This document shows positions 29,312-44,589 of a DNA stretch of 64,000 nucleotides, in pieces. The stretch covers positions 77,190,001 through 77,254,000 of the forward strand of contig OX597830.1 in assembly GCA_951406725.2 (NCBI GenBank), given 5' to 3'. The position numbers were made by a program, and so were the translations under genes. This stretch comes from Octopus vulgaris (Eukaryota). Under the pieces are notes generated by a model, which saw only the letters and a program-made list of their open reading frames with translations, was not told the DNA's origin and searched no databases. How positions within the stretch are numbered: position 1 is the first letter of the stretch; every line of letters starts with the position of its first letter.

Positions 29312-29523
29312 TATATATGACTATATAAGTATTTTAATGTGTAGTTATTCACACATCTATACATCTACAAACATTTTTTAGTTTTTGGTTATCATTATAA
29401 CCAATTGTTTAAATTATCGGCTAGACGTACGCTGCATCTCTTTGACCAAATGAATATGAACTTCCAGTTTTGACACAGCCTTAATTCATACATATGTTAT
29501 AAATGTTAGAGTATTCAGATTTC

Positions 29524-30040
29524 GTGGAGGCGCAAGGCTGAGGGGTTAGTGTGTCAGCACCATGATCGTAAGATTGTTGTTTCGATTCCTGAACCGGGCG
29601 ACGCGTTGTGTTCTTGAGCAAAACACTTCATTTCATGTTGCTCCAGTCCACTCAGCTGGCAAAAATGAGCAACGCTGCGATGGATTGGCGTCCCGTCCAG
29701 CTGGGGAACACATATTCCATAGAAACCGGGAAACCGGGCCCCATGTGCATGACTAGGCTTTAAAAGGGCGCATTTGTGGAGGAGTGTGGCTTAGTGGTTA
29801 GGGTGTCAGCATCATGATCGTAAGATTGTTGTTTCGATTCTTGGACCGGGCGACGCGTGGTGTTCTTGAACAAAACATTTCATTTCACGTTGCTCCAGTC
29901 CAGTCCACTCAGCTGGCAAAAATGAGTAACGCTGCGATGGACTGGCGTCCCGTCCAGCTGGGGAACACATACTCCATAGAAACCTGGAAACCGGGCCCAT
30001 GAGCCTGGCTAGGCTTCAGAAGGGCGGATTTATTATTATT
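29524..30040 (+). mobile_element. Two head-to-tail copies of tRNA-derived SINE family B (CORE-like)
   Basis: gtggagg..agtggttagggtg..ttcgattc..gttcttgagcaaaacacttcatttcacgttgctccagtc; related minus-strand copies at ~300-532, ~10110-10362, ~12750-13085 and ~43930-44255. Confidence 0.8.
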
Positions 30041-30395
30041 ATTCAAATTTCAGACATATTGAGATGGCAATATAGAACGAATTCGCTCTGGACGTGATAA
30101 CCTGATTATTAAGTATTACTGTTGTTGATTGCGGTTTTTTAAAACTAATTATTGTTCTTTTTGATAGTGTCAACAGGTGAAATCCTTAGGACTGTTGCTA
30201 ACCATTTGCCATTAACTTGTCAATAAGGGGTCATTAACAGCATACTGATTATTAAATAACTCGAGTTTTATTTAAGATGCGATGCTTTCCTAACAACTGT
30301 AGCTAACTTTGATATTATTCATGTTATTTATCCGTAGTGGTCTAATTCAATATATTTTTATCGGGAACGGGATTGATTTGCTAACGTGGAAACAC

Positions 30396-30467
<72 letters not shown>

Positions 30468-30470
30468 CAC

Positions 30471-30541
<71 letters not shown>

Positions 30542-30544
30542 CAC

Positions 30545-30639
<95 letters not shown>

Positions 30640-30641
<2 letters not shown>

Positions 30642-30898
30642 AATTATTGTATACAGTGCTTAGGTGCACCACAACTTGTCAAAAGTGCATATAAAGTATA
30701 TGCAGTAATGTAAAAATGTCTGGAAAGTGAACAGTGTATGAGTCAGATACATGCCTCAGCGTGTGTATTGAGGGGGGAAAATCAGGTGTAGTGTTGGTGA
30801 ATCTCAGGAAGCATGGAAGTTTTGAAGGATGCAATGCTCCGACAACAAACAACTGATGCCGCTAGTCTGTTCCATGCTTCAGCAATTCTTAGCGTGAA
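30640..30898 (-). mobile_element. CR1-like LINE 3' end with (ATT)n tail
   Basis: FTLRIAEAWNRL..VV...SIASFK C-terminal motif, followed on the minus strand by the ~240-bp trinucleotide tract 30400-30639. Confidence 0.7.
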
Positions 30899-31504
30899 GA
30901 GTGCATGTGTCTGTTTACGTCTCTGCATGCACCTCGATATGTATCGATATGCTTGTATGATTATGTGTGTTTGTGTACATGTGACCGTCATCAGAAAACC
31001 GAATGCTCTAACAATTCTGAATAAAAAAAATCTTCAGCATATCTCACAAATAGTATTCAAATTTGAATGTCTCATTGCAATGAGTTTGCAATCCATCCGT
31101 AGCGTCAGCGCATTCAATGTTGCCCTCAGCTTCTTTTGCTTTCGCTCTGAATCCAATCTGTTAGATATCTCGTCTGTTCGTTATCAGTGGTCCTCAGGAC
31201 GAATTCAGCTCGGTTCCAGCATTAACTAGATTGTTATAGCGAGTTCATAGAATCTTTGAAACATGCATCTATGTAGATAAGTGTTTGTGTGTATGTGTGT
31301 GTGTCTATGTGTGTGTATATATACACATGTATACATATATATATATATATATATAGACACATACATATATGCGCATACATAGATAAACACGTATATATTA
31401 TATATAAGTATATATATATATATGTACACACATACTATATATGTGTGTGTATATATATATATATACATAGATACATACATAGATATATATATATACATAC
31501 ATAG

Positions 31505-31563
<59 letters not shown>

Positions 31564-31665
31564 TATATAAATACATATACATGCACACACAGATATATAT
31601 GTATACACATATATATATATGCATATATATACATATACATACACACACATATATATGTACACACC

Positions 31666-31735
<70 letters not shown>

Positions 31736-32030
31736 CATACATACACATACATATATATACAAATATGTATAGTTTCGCTTTTATATACATACAGTCACAC
31801 AGACACTCACCGTTTTACCTAGAATCATTGCTGGTGCTGGGGCTGTTGATTATTATGTCTAATTATTTTTAAAATGCAATTAACGGACCCATTATCTTTG
31901 TTTTGCTTTTTTTAAACTTTTTATCTCGTTTCTTTTATCAAGCATTTTATTTATTTATTAATCTATTTATTTAGTTATTTAGTGATTTATTGCCTTCTCG
32001 CCTGCCACTAGTGAAGTCAATAAGCACACA

Positions 32031-32102
<72 letters not shown>

Positions 32103-32207
32103 TACATAGTCGAATACAACCGCACACATATATACATATACGTTTGTGTACGTAACATCAGTACAGGCATACACGTATAAGGACAGAGATATAGTACATA
32201 CATACAT

Positions 32208-32240
<33 letters not shown>

Positions 32241-32333
32241 TATATATAAATACAGATATATATTTATACATATATATATATATACATATATATATATGTA
32301 TATATATATATGTATGTATATACATATATATAA

Positions 32334-32381
<48 letters not shown>

Positions 32382-33033
32382 GCACAGAGATACGCATACA
32401 TATACACATACACACATACACACACATACATATATAAATACACAGATGCATATACACCTAGAATTAAAAGCCCCGTGTATATATGGCAAGCATATGTCTC
32501 AGCCTGTTTTTATACACACACACGCACGCACGCACACACGCACGCACACATACATACAAGCACACGCACACACACACACACATTCATCTGTGTGCACGCT
32601 TGCTGTGTTTAAAGGGGACTGCGTCTTTTTATTTTTTTTTATAATCTTATGTGCATTTTATCTTTGGTCATGGGCCGGGAGTTGGGCGCATAACGGAGGG
32701 GGGTGGGGGATAGGTTCGTCGTTGCCTTTTCTTCTTCAGGCAAAAACCCAGTTGGCATCTAACCAGTGCTTTCAACATTCCGAACGCATGCGCCTACTAT
32801 GAGTATTCATAAACACCGTTGCTTCTGGGAGTTGAAACAACCAGTCTACGCTTGCCAAATAGAGACTCTGGGGGATTATTATTTCCATCATCATCATCAT
32901 CATCATCACCATCATCATCATCATTACTATTTCTCAGCTTATATCGTTTAACTGGTCATTCTCCAAGAACCCTATTATTATTATTATTATTATTATTGAG
33001 TGAGAGAGCAGTTCATGCCATCAAAGTGACACT

Positions 33034-33088
<55 letters not shown>

Positions 33089-33175
33089 CATTGAGTGAGA
33101 GAGCAGTTCATGCCATCAAAGTGACACTGGGGTAAAATATACGAAGCCCAATATACCCATCATGACTACCCGTCT

Positions 33176-33234
<59 letters not shown>

Positions 33235-33489
33235 GATATCGTCATCAAAGTGGTGAGCTGATAATGTTGTTTAGTACGCCGGACAAAATATCAGCGGTTC
33301 TTCCGAGCACAAATTCCGTCAGGGTCGACTTTTTCTACTCATCCTTTCGGGGTCGACTTTGACTCTTCATCCTTTTAGGGTCAATGAAATGAGTACCCAT
33401 TAAGCACTGGGATCGAGGTAATCGACTTAACCCCCTCCCCAAAAACGGCTGGCGTTGTGCAAACATTTAAAACCATTGTTATTATCATC

Positions 33490-34084
33490 TTTGCCTTTGC
33501 ACAGCTTCTAACGCTGGAGATGTACTACAGTGTCAGCTGGTCACAACCAGTGAACTAAGGTAACACCTCTTATTTTTCGAGCACCTTCCGCAGTATTCGA
33601 ACGATTTCAAGTAGTGCTGTTTTCTGCAAGTGCTCCGACCTTATTGCAGCCCTTATTTGTTCCATGTACTTCTCGAGATTTTTGCTAGCTGTTCCCACGG
33701 CTCCGACAATTATTGGTACTACTGCTACCTTTTCCATCGACCACAACTGCTTAACTTCCCAACTTAACCTGTCATATCTCTCAACTTTTCTTTCTTCCTT
33801 ATCGCATACCTTGTTGTCAGCTGGGCATGCTATATCTATGATCCAGCATAGTTTGCTTTCTTTCTCAATTAAGACTATGTCTGGCTTCCTATTCTCTATC
33901 TCATGGTCGCACTGAATCATAAAATTCCATTGGATCTTTGCATTTCTATTTTCAACGATGCCTTCAGGTTTGTGGTCGTACCAATTGTTTGCTCTGTCCA
34001 CTCCATACTTGTTGCATAGTGTTCAATGGACAAGCCTGGCTATGTTGTAGTGGCTTCTCTTATATTCCTTCTGGACTAGTGGCG
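33490..34084 (-). mobile_element. R4/Dong-like non-LTR 3' fragment (restriction-like endonuclease domain)
   Basis: ORF 33570-34001: RKPDIVLI..IIDIACP..K..Y..W..VVPIIVGAVG..LQKTALL; abuts (ATT)n. Confidence 0.85.
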
Positions 34085-34149
34085 TATTATTATTATTATT
34101 ATTATTATTATTTTTATCATTATCATTATTATTATTATTATTACTTTTT

Positions 34150-34552
34150 TTTTCTTCTTTCAAATTTGCTTCCATTTCTTGCCGAGTGTCTTCCCGACTC
34201 CTAGGGCAAAGAAACTCATAGTATACATTGGTAGGCCATTAAACCAAACTCAGTAGTTCGTTCATTTAAAAAAAATTTTTTTTTAAAGTTAAATTAAAAT
34301 ACATGAGCAGCAACAGTTCTCACATCGACAATGCTCTTCTCAATACGTGTGATGTACCAGTTAAGACAATCTTTTGCACTTCTTGCAGGGATGGTAAGCC
34401 AGGGATCATTCTCATATAATTTTCGGTTCCCTTCTTGATCATTCCTAGTGCTCCTACGATCACTGGTATTGTAACCGCCTTGAGATGCCACATTTTCTCA
34501 ATTTCAATGAGTAGGTCTTTATATTTTCTGAGCTTGTCAAACTCTTTCGCTG

Positions 34553-34555
<3 letters not shown>
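34150..34555 (-). mobile_element. R4/Dong-like 3' fragment
   Basis: Minus strand translates KLRKYKDLLIEIEKMWHLKAVTIPVIVGALG..VQKIVLTGTSHVLRRALSM*; (ATT)n on both sides. Confidence 0.8.
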
Positions 34556-34609
<54 letters not shown>

Positions 34610-35040
34610 TTCATTAGCATCTTTTAATTCTGTTTCCATTTCTTCCCTAGTGTCTTCATGACACCTAGGGCGGAGAAATGTAATGTATACATTGGTGGGC
34701 CATTAAAGCAATCACACCAGATTGTCTTGATTCAGATTCAGTCTAATTCCTGGTAGGATTTATGTGAGTATCAGGTTGCTACATTTAACCCTAGGTATCC
34801 ACAATCTTCCAATAGTCTTTCAAGTGCTTAGAACCCTTCTGATAATCTTTTCTGTCACTAAAAGGCAAAGTTTCTGTAGAAGTTCTACAGGGCATTGTAT
34901 TTCACTCTCCAATCATTTGTCTGAATCTTTTCTTATAGTTCCCAATGCACCAATTATTATAGGCACAGCCTTTACAGTTTTCATATTCCAAATCCTTGCA
35001 ATTTCAAATTTTAAGGGATTGTAGTTTTTCTGTTTTTTTT
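34610..35040 (-). mobile_element. R4/Dong-like 3' fragment
   Basis: Minus strand: YNPLKFEIARIWNMKTVKAVPIIIGALG..LLQKLCLL..IIRRVLST*. Confidence 0.75.
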
Positions 35041-35255
35041 AATCGGTAGAAAATCCGAGAAAATGACCTGCAATATTTCTACTTGCATGTTCCTTTCGTT
35101 TTCATTTCCACTGACACCCGAATCATATTTACGATTCATCCTTTTTGGAGTCGATTAAATAACACCATTTGAGCACATGATTTGATGCAATCGAGAAACA
35201 ACCGCCCCTAAAATTACTCTACTTGTGCCTGTCGTAGAAAGAATCATCATCATCA

Positions 35256-35337
<82 letters not shown>

Positions 35338-35341
<4 letters not shown>

Positions 35342-35662
35342 TAGCTTTATTTTTATAGCCTGCTTTCACTTCACTACCGAGCGCAGCTCTGTGTGCCTTG
35401 GGTATGTGCTGTGATTTGTTGTGATGCTCTGATGGTTATTGTATGGAAAGTGTTCTGCGTAGGATGTGTGCAGTGCCTAGTAGTGCAATTTTCTGTATGT
35501 TATATGTGTTTGTAAGTCCTGGTGTTTTTGTTATGTATTTGTCTGAATATTTTTTTTATCATGCCTAATGCACCTACTATGATAGGAATTGTTTCTGTTT
35601 TCAGATTCCACATTCTGGTTACCTCTATTTCCAGGTCTTTGTATTTTGAGAGTTTCTCCATT
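35338..35662 (-). mobile_element. R4/Dong-like 3' fragment
   Basis: Minus strand: KLSKYKDLEIEVTRMWNLKTETIPIIVGALG..IQKIALLGTAHILRRTLSIQ*; (ATT)n on both sides. Confidence 0.8.
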
Positions 35663-35678
35663 TATTGTTATTATTATC

Positions 35679-35725
<47 letters not shown>

Positions 35726-36629
35726 TTGATGAAGACTCAGCTTATTTTGTTGAGTATTATGTAAAATGCCAGCTGTCCACAGCGAGCAAGACTAAAGTGA
35801 CACTTGTTTACTGGTCATATTTCAAAAACCCTGCGAAGAATTTTTGCAGTTCCAAGTAATACTAATTTTTGTAGGTGTTCTACTTTTTATATTTGTACCA
35901 ATCGTTTTGTGCCATGATGGTAGTTCCAAGTGCACTAGTTACTGTTAATATGACTCTACTCTCCTCATTGACCACAACCTTCGTATTTCCCGCTTCAAAT
36001 CATCATAGGTATTCAGGTTTTTTTTTCTTTTTCTTTGATCCTGTTGTCACCGGGACATGATATGTTGATTATCATGCATGTTCTTCCCTGTTTTTTTTTT
36101 GTTCACCACAACAACATCCGGTTTCCGATGTCTGGTCAGTTGATCGCACTGAATGTTATTATTGTTATTATTGTTGTTGTTGCTGTTGTTGTTATTTCCC
36201 GAATGGTTTGTGTGTCGGACAAAATGCTGTGCATTTACGTTCTGAGTTCAGATTCCACAAATATCAACTCTGCCTTTCGTCCTTTCGGCAACGGTAAAAT
36301 AAGTACCAGTCATGTATTGGGGACCATGTCATCGGCGGAGTTAGTCTCCCGAATATTGTCCCGAATTTTGAAAACATAATTGTTATAGCATAATAATTGA
36401 CAGTCAATCAAGTACACCCTCCTCAAAGTTGCTCGCTTTTTGTCTAAATTATGAAAACTATTATCACCAATCACGGAATTTCTTTTAAATATTCATTTAT
36501 GCGTTTTCATTTCAGTTCCCATGTTTTGTTTCTATTTTTGCACCTCTGTGTCTCCTGTTTGTCACTCTCTCTCCCTTCACCTCTCTCTCTCCCTTCACCA
36601 CTCTCTATCCAACTCCCTCCTCTCTCTCA

Positions 36630-36705
<76 letters not shown>

Positions 36706-36866
36706 ATCTACTATGTCACATGTTGCTATCTTCTAACCTGGAGTTATAAGACAGTAACATGGTCCTACGCAGGACTGCCACTTTACGTTGGCAAATATAT
36801 TTTATCATGTAGTATAGTTAATACTTAGATCTCATTCAGAGTTTTATAACTAGGTGTTTTACTCAT

Positions 36867-36989
<123 letters not shown>

Positions 36990-37464
36990 TTAGACGGACG
37001 AAAAGAAATGTATATGAGATTAAAAGAAAATACCAACAAGAATAAATTACACTGATAATCTACTGATTACCTCGGGTTAGAAGACCTGCTAAAAGTCAAG
37101 GATCATTTTTTGTTATCCAATGTGCTTTGGTGCGAAAACAAGTTAGATTACGGAGACTAACGGGATCATAAATTCCTCAACAAAATCTATCCAAAACGAT
37201 ATAGAATTCATTCTTTAAAAAAAGCATTTGAATAAACCCATCAATCATATATTAGATTCTTTAAATATTTTATTTTTCATTTATATTTTAGTTTATTTAA
37301 TATATTTCAGAATGTAAAAATATGTTGCTTTGTTCTGTATTTGTTAGGGAAATGAGAAAATTTGAAACATCTCAGTTTATTTTATTATATTTGTACGTCA
37401 AACTATACATATGTGTGTGTGTGTGAATGAGTGTGTGTGTGTGAATGAGTGTGTGTGTGTAGGT

Positions 37465-37496
<32 letters not shown>

Positions 37497-37779
37497 ACGT
37501 GTCCACAGACACACACATATACACACTTAAAAAGATAAAGTGATATGTTCTTGTAGGTGGGTAGGTGAATGTCTACATATACGCATTAAACACAAGTATA
37601 CTAAAAAATAAATGGATACATACACACAGGTGCAAACATACAAACACATACACACACATACATATGTATATATATATATATATGAACATACATATACACA
37701 CATACACACACATTCATGTACATACATATACATATGTACATACACGCACATACAGATATGCGCACACACTCACTGGCAT

Positions 37780-37989
37780 ATCTTTTACTCTTTTTTACTT
37801 GTTTCAGTCATTTGGCTGCGGCCATGCTGGAACACCGCCTTTTAGTCGAGCAAATCGACCCCAGGACTTATTCTTTGTAAGCCTAGTACATGTTCTATCA
37901 GTCTGTTTTGCCGAACCGCTAATTTACGGGGACGTAAACACACCAGCATCGGTTGTCAAGCGATGTTGGGGGGGACAAACACAGACCCA

Positions 37990-38073
<84 letters not shown>

Positions 38074-38180
38074 TACAACGGGCTTCTTTCAGTTTCCGTC
38101 TACCAAATCCACTCACAAGGCTTTGGTCGGCCCGAGGCTGTAGTGGAAGACACTTGCCCACGGAACCTTGTGGTTGGTAA
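37780..38180 (-). mobile_element. SINE family A copy (others at ~23108-23440 and ~38870-39280)
   Basis: Same body and tail sequence. Confidence 0.8.
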
Positions 38181-38805
38181 TTAGTAATATGGTTCATTAG
38201 AATCTAGGCGCAACAACCCGTAGGATGCCAGAATTAGCTACGTTGCACAATAGACGGTTCACAGTGAGGTAAAACAAACCATGAGCTATTATGTGTTGGT
38301 AATACACCACACACATCTTATACAAGTATACGTATACTTATGTATAAGTGCATACTAGTGCTTATGCCTGTACGTGTGTGCGTGTGTATGCCAACATGAA
38401 ATGGTGATGGTAGTTTTGTTTTTCTGCTGCCCTAAGGTATGCTTGTATTATGTCACTTATTCGAAAAGATATATAAAAATCATAAAGAAATGTCATGGCT
38501 ACAATCTGTCTATTTTCTTGTACTTCTTCACAGCAATTTAAAGCTATATGCTAATTAAGATAAATGTTTGAAATAATAGATTTGTTTTGACTTCTTTGCT
38601 CCTCGCATGCCTCTTATAGTTTTGATTTCTCTATAAATTCGAATGTTCTTAAAAATAGCACTTATACAGTACATTGTTGGTTGGATAGTTCATCATCACA
38701 GTATAAACATTACCTGTTTATACTCGTCTAAAATTTTACCTGTAGATGGGGTATTTATGCTATGATGTAATCTGTGGATGCATGTAATAAATTTTAAACC
38801 CCATC

Positions 38806-38837
<32 letters not shown>

Positions 38838-39062
38838 ACTTTTTTATTCTATATTTTTTTTATCTTGTAAATGTTTCAGTCATTTGACTGAAGGGTTTTA
38901 GTCGAGTAAATCGACCCTATGACATATTTTAAAACCTAGAGCTTATTCTATCGGTCTCTTTTCCCGAACCGCTAAGTTACGTGGTCATAAACACAGCAAC
39001 ACCGGTTGTCAAGTGGTAGCGGGGGAACAACAGACACAATGACACACACGCATAGTTACGCA

Positions 39063-39125
<63 letters not shown>

Positions 39126-40092
39126 TTACGACAGGCTTCTTTCAGCTTCCGTGTACCAAATCCACTCTCAAGTCTATGGTCGGCCCGAGGCTATGGTTGA
39201 AGATACTTGCTGGAGGCGTCACGCAGTGGGACTGAACCTGGAACCATGTGGTTGGGAAGCAAGCTTCTTACCACACACTCAATCGTGAATACATATTTTT
39301 AAACACTTTCGGTGAATCTAGGTCTCAGCTCTCTAAACTTAAAGAAATGAAAGTTATTATTAAGAAATCATCACCATTATCGTCATCAGCAGCTTTCTTC
39401 TTCTTCTTCTTCTTCTTCTTCTTCTTCTTCTTCTTCTTCTTCTTCTTCTTCTTCTTCTTCTTCTTCTTCTTCTCATTATCATTATTATCGATGTTGTTAT
39501 TGCTATATTAATTAATAATAATAATTATTATAATATTATTAAAAATATTAGTAACAATAAGGATAATATTATTGTTATTAATAATGATATCATAATAATA
39601 ATAACAATGATAATGATAACATTAACAGCAATAATAACGGTAATAATAATCACTACAACAGCAACAACAACAACAATAATAATAATAATAATAATAATGT
39701 GACTATGATGAGTTAATGTAGAATATAGCAGATAATGGCTGCAGTAGCAGTATAGCAAGTCAAGATCTGTCTGTCTGTCTCTCTCTTTATTTCTCTCTCT
39801 CTTTTTCTCTCTCTCTCTCCCTCTCTCTCTCTTTCTCTCTCATACACAGGCGCACACATATACAGCACACAGAAAGCAAAAACACACGCACGCCACACAG
39901 AAATAAACAAAAACAAAAACAAAAACAAAATGGCGTCTTCCCTCTTCCCATTCATGAAGATGTGAAACGAACGTTGTGTGAGGAAATGACTGTGTCATGT
40001 TTCACTTGATTAATGAACGGACACCAAGCCAACTGTTTCCAAAAGTTAATATCGTTTTCTTAGTGGCTATTTTCGTTGCAGTCTATTCCTCG

Positions 40093-40167
<75 letters not shown>

Positions 40168-40420
40168 ATTTTTTTTTTTTTTTTTTTTCTTCCTCTCCCT
40201 TTTTTAACCCCCTTTTTTTGTCCTCCTTCTCTCCTTTTACGATCCCTTTTGATCAGAAACTCCCCCTTACTTTTTTTTTTTTTTTTTTTTAAACATTCAA
40301 AAGAAAAGCTCTACCTTGTAATTTGTTCTATCTGTGTGCAGCCCTGTGTGGCTAATAAAGAAACATATCTATCTATCTATCTATCTATCTATCTGCCTAT
40401 CTATCAATCTATCTATCTGC

Positions 40421-40468
<48 letters not shown>

Positions 40469-40803
40469 TTGTCTATCGATCTATCTATCTAATTATCTAT
40501 CTATCCGTCTATCTATCTACCTTGCTGTCTATTCATCTATCTGTCTATCTATCTATTTGTCTATCTGTCTAATATATATTTATCAATGTACGGATATATA
40601 TCTATCGACCTATTATCTACCTATCGTTATATCTATTTAATTGTCTGCCCATCGATCTATCTATTTATCTATCTATCTATTTATCTATCTATTTATCTAT
40701 CTATCTTTTATCTATCTATCTATTTATCCATCTATATGTCAGTCTGTCAATTTTCTGTCTATATATCCATTTATCTATCTATGTATCTGTCTGTCTGTCT
40801 AAG

Positions 40804-40884
<81 letters not shown>

Positions 40885-42548
40885 TTATCCTTTATATTCT
40901 CTCCCTTCCCCATTTCTCAATAAATATTGTTGTCTATGCGTGTGTCATTCATTCTTGCGCTCGTTCGGCTAATCCGTATGTTCGTACACTTAAAATATCG
41001 TTCTCTAACATATTCATTCATTTACGCACTCATTCATTTGCCAAATCCTTCTTACAGCAACTTAGATTTTTTGTTTTCTTCATCGATCAATGGGACACTT
41101 CTTCAGTCACATTTCACCTCAATTTTCTATTTTCTGTTCTCATATACATACATACATACATACATACATACATACATACATACATACATACATACATACA
41201 TACATACATACATGCATGCATACATACATACATGCATACATACATACATACATACATACATACATACATACATGCATACACACACAAACGCATACACCGA
41301 GGCAGAAAAGTGACTTCAAATAAGTGTTTCGTTTTTTTTTTTACTTGTTGTTTCGCTTATTTCTATATGAACACATTTTGAGTGTAGCATACCATCCGTC
41401 TCCATAATGAACTGAGAAGCACTTATTTGATGAGTCACCCGATAAGATGCATTTGCACATATACAGTATAACAATCTCATCTGTGATCTACGGGTGCCTG
41501 ATGAGTTGAAACGATTGTAATGATTTTGAATAAAATCCTGAGAATTCCATTTTCTACTCCAGATTTTTTATATAATCTCTATGGACACAAAGGAATTCCC
41601 GAGGTAAGTCTAATGGCATGTTCCTCCTTACTGTTGTTGACATCAGCTAACCGAATACTGTGGACAGGCTTTGGCCAGCATACTACAAGACATTTGCACG
41701 ACTTTAGAATTATGCATGTATATAGGCGCAGGCGTGGCTTCTCAATCACATGGTTCTGCGTGGCTCCTTGGGCAAGTTTCTTCTACTGTAGCCTGGAGCG
41801 GACTAGAGCCAACTACAGGAACTGTACCAAATTTTCGAGTCCTAGGAAAACAGCAGTATAATGGGTGAGAAGATGGGGCTGAAGAGAAAGCCATACTGCT
41901 GTTAAGAACAATGACACACACATGCATACAAACACATACATCCTTACATATACATACACGCATTACACAAGCACGGATGCAAATGCATGCGCACATAAGG
42001 ATACACACCATGGAAGAGCAGAATGGAGTAAGTGGAGCAAGAGCACACACGAAAAGTATCGCTGAAGAGGTCACAGATGTGTGACGAAAGGTCTCCGGAC
42101 AATAGGCATGTGTTAAGATAAGAACAGTAATAAACGAGTGAAGAACAAATATATAGTGTATGTTTTTATTTGGTAAAAAAAAATGCCATCCCGAAATACA
42201 ACAATATGAAAAATTTGCATTGTTATAGCCAAAACATGACTGACAAAAGTAGCATTAATATTTTTGGGTCGTTCAATTTTTGTCAACTGCTTAATGGGCC
42301 GATAGAGAAAGCCTCTACTGGAATCAACCATCTGTTAGCCAAATTTACTACAATAAGAATATGTAATGACCATTATTTATACATTGTCTAGATAGATAGA
42401 GCGAGAAAGGGAACGGGAGAGAGAAAGAGAGGGATAGAGAGAAATGGCTACACAGATGGACACATGCACGCATATATATATATATATATATAGGGAGAGT
42501 TTACGAAAAGAAACAAATAACGAAGACAGGTGGTGTACAAAACAAACA

Positions 42549-42579
<31 letters not shown>

Positions 42580-42787
42580 GGGCGAGTGATATGGGCGGCC
42601 TTCGCCGTTTTATATCGAAATGGGTTTTCTAAACCAATGCTTCTGTGCTATTATTTATAGCTTTATGCTTTCTTCGAGATCCAGTTTCCAACAAGATTTA
42701 TATACATGCATATACATAATGCATACATGCATACGTATTTATGTACGTAAGTATGTATGCATACGTACTTTTAACCCTCTGTTTAAG

Positions 42788-42850
<63 letters not shown>

Positions 42851-43204
42851 GAATACCAGAAATGGGACAAGAACGCATAACATTCAAACAGATTATACAA
42901 AAGCGAAAAAACGGACGACAAAACATCCAGACAGACGATACAAAGATAACAAAGATGGATCATTCGGAGTTTTCTTTCTTCAGTCGAGTTCTAGATTGTT
43001 GTCAATTTCGGCCGGTTATCCTCGTGATTGCTCCAATCTGGCCAACGCCAGAGAAGAGGGTTAGCGGTTGTAGTAACCGACTCAGGGATTATAATACCCG
43101 TATTCACTATCGGTATCAGTTACCTGTGCTATACCTAGGCACACTATGCTCAAAGCGTACAGGTAACAACAGAATAAACAAAAGTTTATCAGGAATCAAA
43201 TTTG

Positions 43205-43396
43205 AATAATCAGAAAATAGAGAAAACATTTGATCAACAAACAAACAAATTGAACCACATCGCTCGATTATTTTTTAATACTAAACATGGCATAACATTA
43301 CATAATGTTATGGCATGCTTTGTATTAAAGAATAATCAACCGATGTGGTTCAATTTGTTTGTTTGTTGATCAAATGTTTTTTCGATTTTCTGATTA

Positions 43397-43400
<4 letters not shown>
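43205..43400. repeat. ~195-bp imperfect palindrome
   Basis: aataatcagaaaat...taacatta-ca-taatgtta...attttctgattatt, followed by (TA)n. Confidence 0.85.
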
Positions 43401-43471
<71 letters not shown>

Positions 43472-44558
43472 TTGTATGTATACATGCACATATGCATACA
43501 TACATACACACATACATATAAAGTCAAATTCCAATGTCTTTACTTTCAGTTATTAATATCATTTAGCTATAAATATAAATAGATATATGTTTATGATTAT
43601 TTGTATGTGTGTATGTGTTTTTCTGTGTGTGTATATGAATATATATATATGTACATATATATATATATATACATATGTATGTATATCGATCTTACTCTAT
43701 ATAAGTCATATAATAGACCTATTGAAATTAGATTTCTCTCAACCTTTAACATAGTCTCAATTTCTGTTTGACAGATTTCCATTTAATTTAACGAATCTAT
43801 GACGATTTATTTGGATAATTCTCACTCTTCACTTATTTGTAAGCCAAGCCAACATAAACCATAGGTGTCTTAATGTAGACTTCCGGCCTGCTGGAAATAA
43901 TTTCAAAGAAACGACTGTCGCATTGTTTTGGGTAAAAACTCCCTTCGTTCATGAATGATCACGAGATTGCTTCTACAAAGTTCCTCTCCAAAGCACAAGG
44001 TTGTTTATGGAAGGCCAGCAGTCGCCCATGCATACCAGCATCCTCTCTCCATCCCACTGACATCATCCAAGGGAAAGGCAATGGCCGATACAGCTTGGCT
44101 CCTGTGATGTGGTTAATCATTGCTACAGATAAGTGAACTGGAGCAACGTGAAATAAAGTGTCTTGCTCAACACAACAGGCAGCCTGATCCGGGGATCGAA
44201 CTCACTACCTCATGACTGTAAACCTGACTTTCTAATCACTGAGCCATGCGCCTTCAGGCATTGTATAACCGTATAATATAATTGATTATACGTTAAAGCT
44301 GACCAAATAGAACACAAAATTGAAATACTAATTATATAAAGTTGTGGCTCTGAATCCAGGGTGGGGTGGTACGCTATGTTCTTGAGTAAAGCACCTTATT
44401 TCACGATGCTGCATCCGCTCGGCTGTAAATGTGTAACCTTGCAACGGCCAGGCGTCTCGTTCACAAGAGAATACTGTGATCTCTGACAGTTTATACGCTA
44501 TGGTAACCATGTAACATACTAGAATCGTTCTAGGATTCGGAGACGGTAATATCCAGAG

Positions 44559-44589
<31 letters not shown>

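Noticed and set aside
32998-33128. CRISPR-like repeat with spacer
   Set aside because: Only two copies separated by a microsatellite in eukaryotic DNA; best explained as retroelement tails.
41433-41520. TGATGA...CTGA with cacccg/cgggtg stem (box C/D snoRNA, SECIS or hammerhead candidate)
   Set aside because: The stem register does not fit a K-turn or SECIS core, the loop is too long for a SECIS, and the ctgatgagttgaaac stretch has no stem II.
41520-41610. Possible host exon ending in GAG|GTAAGT
   Set aside because: Single donor-like site with no recognisable protein similarity or clear acceptor.
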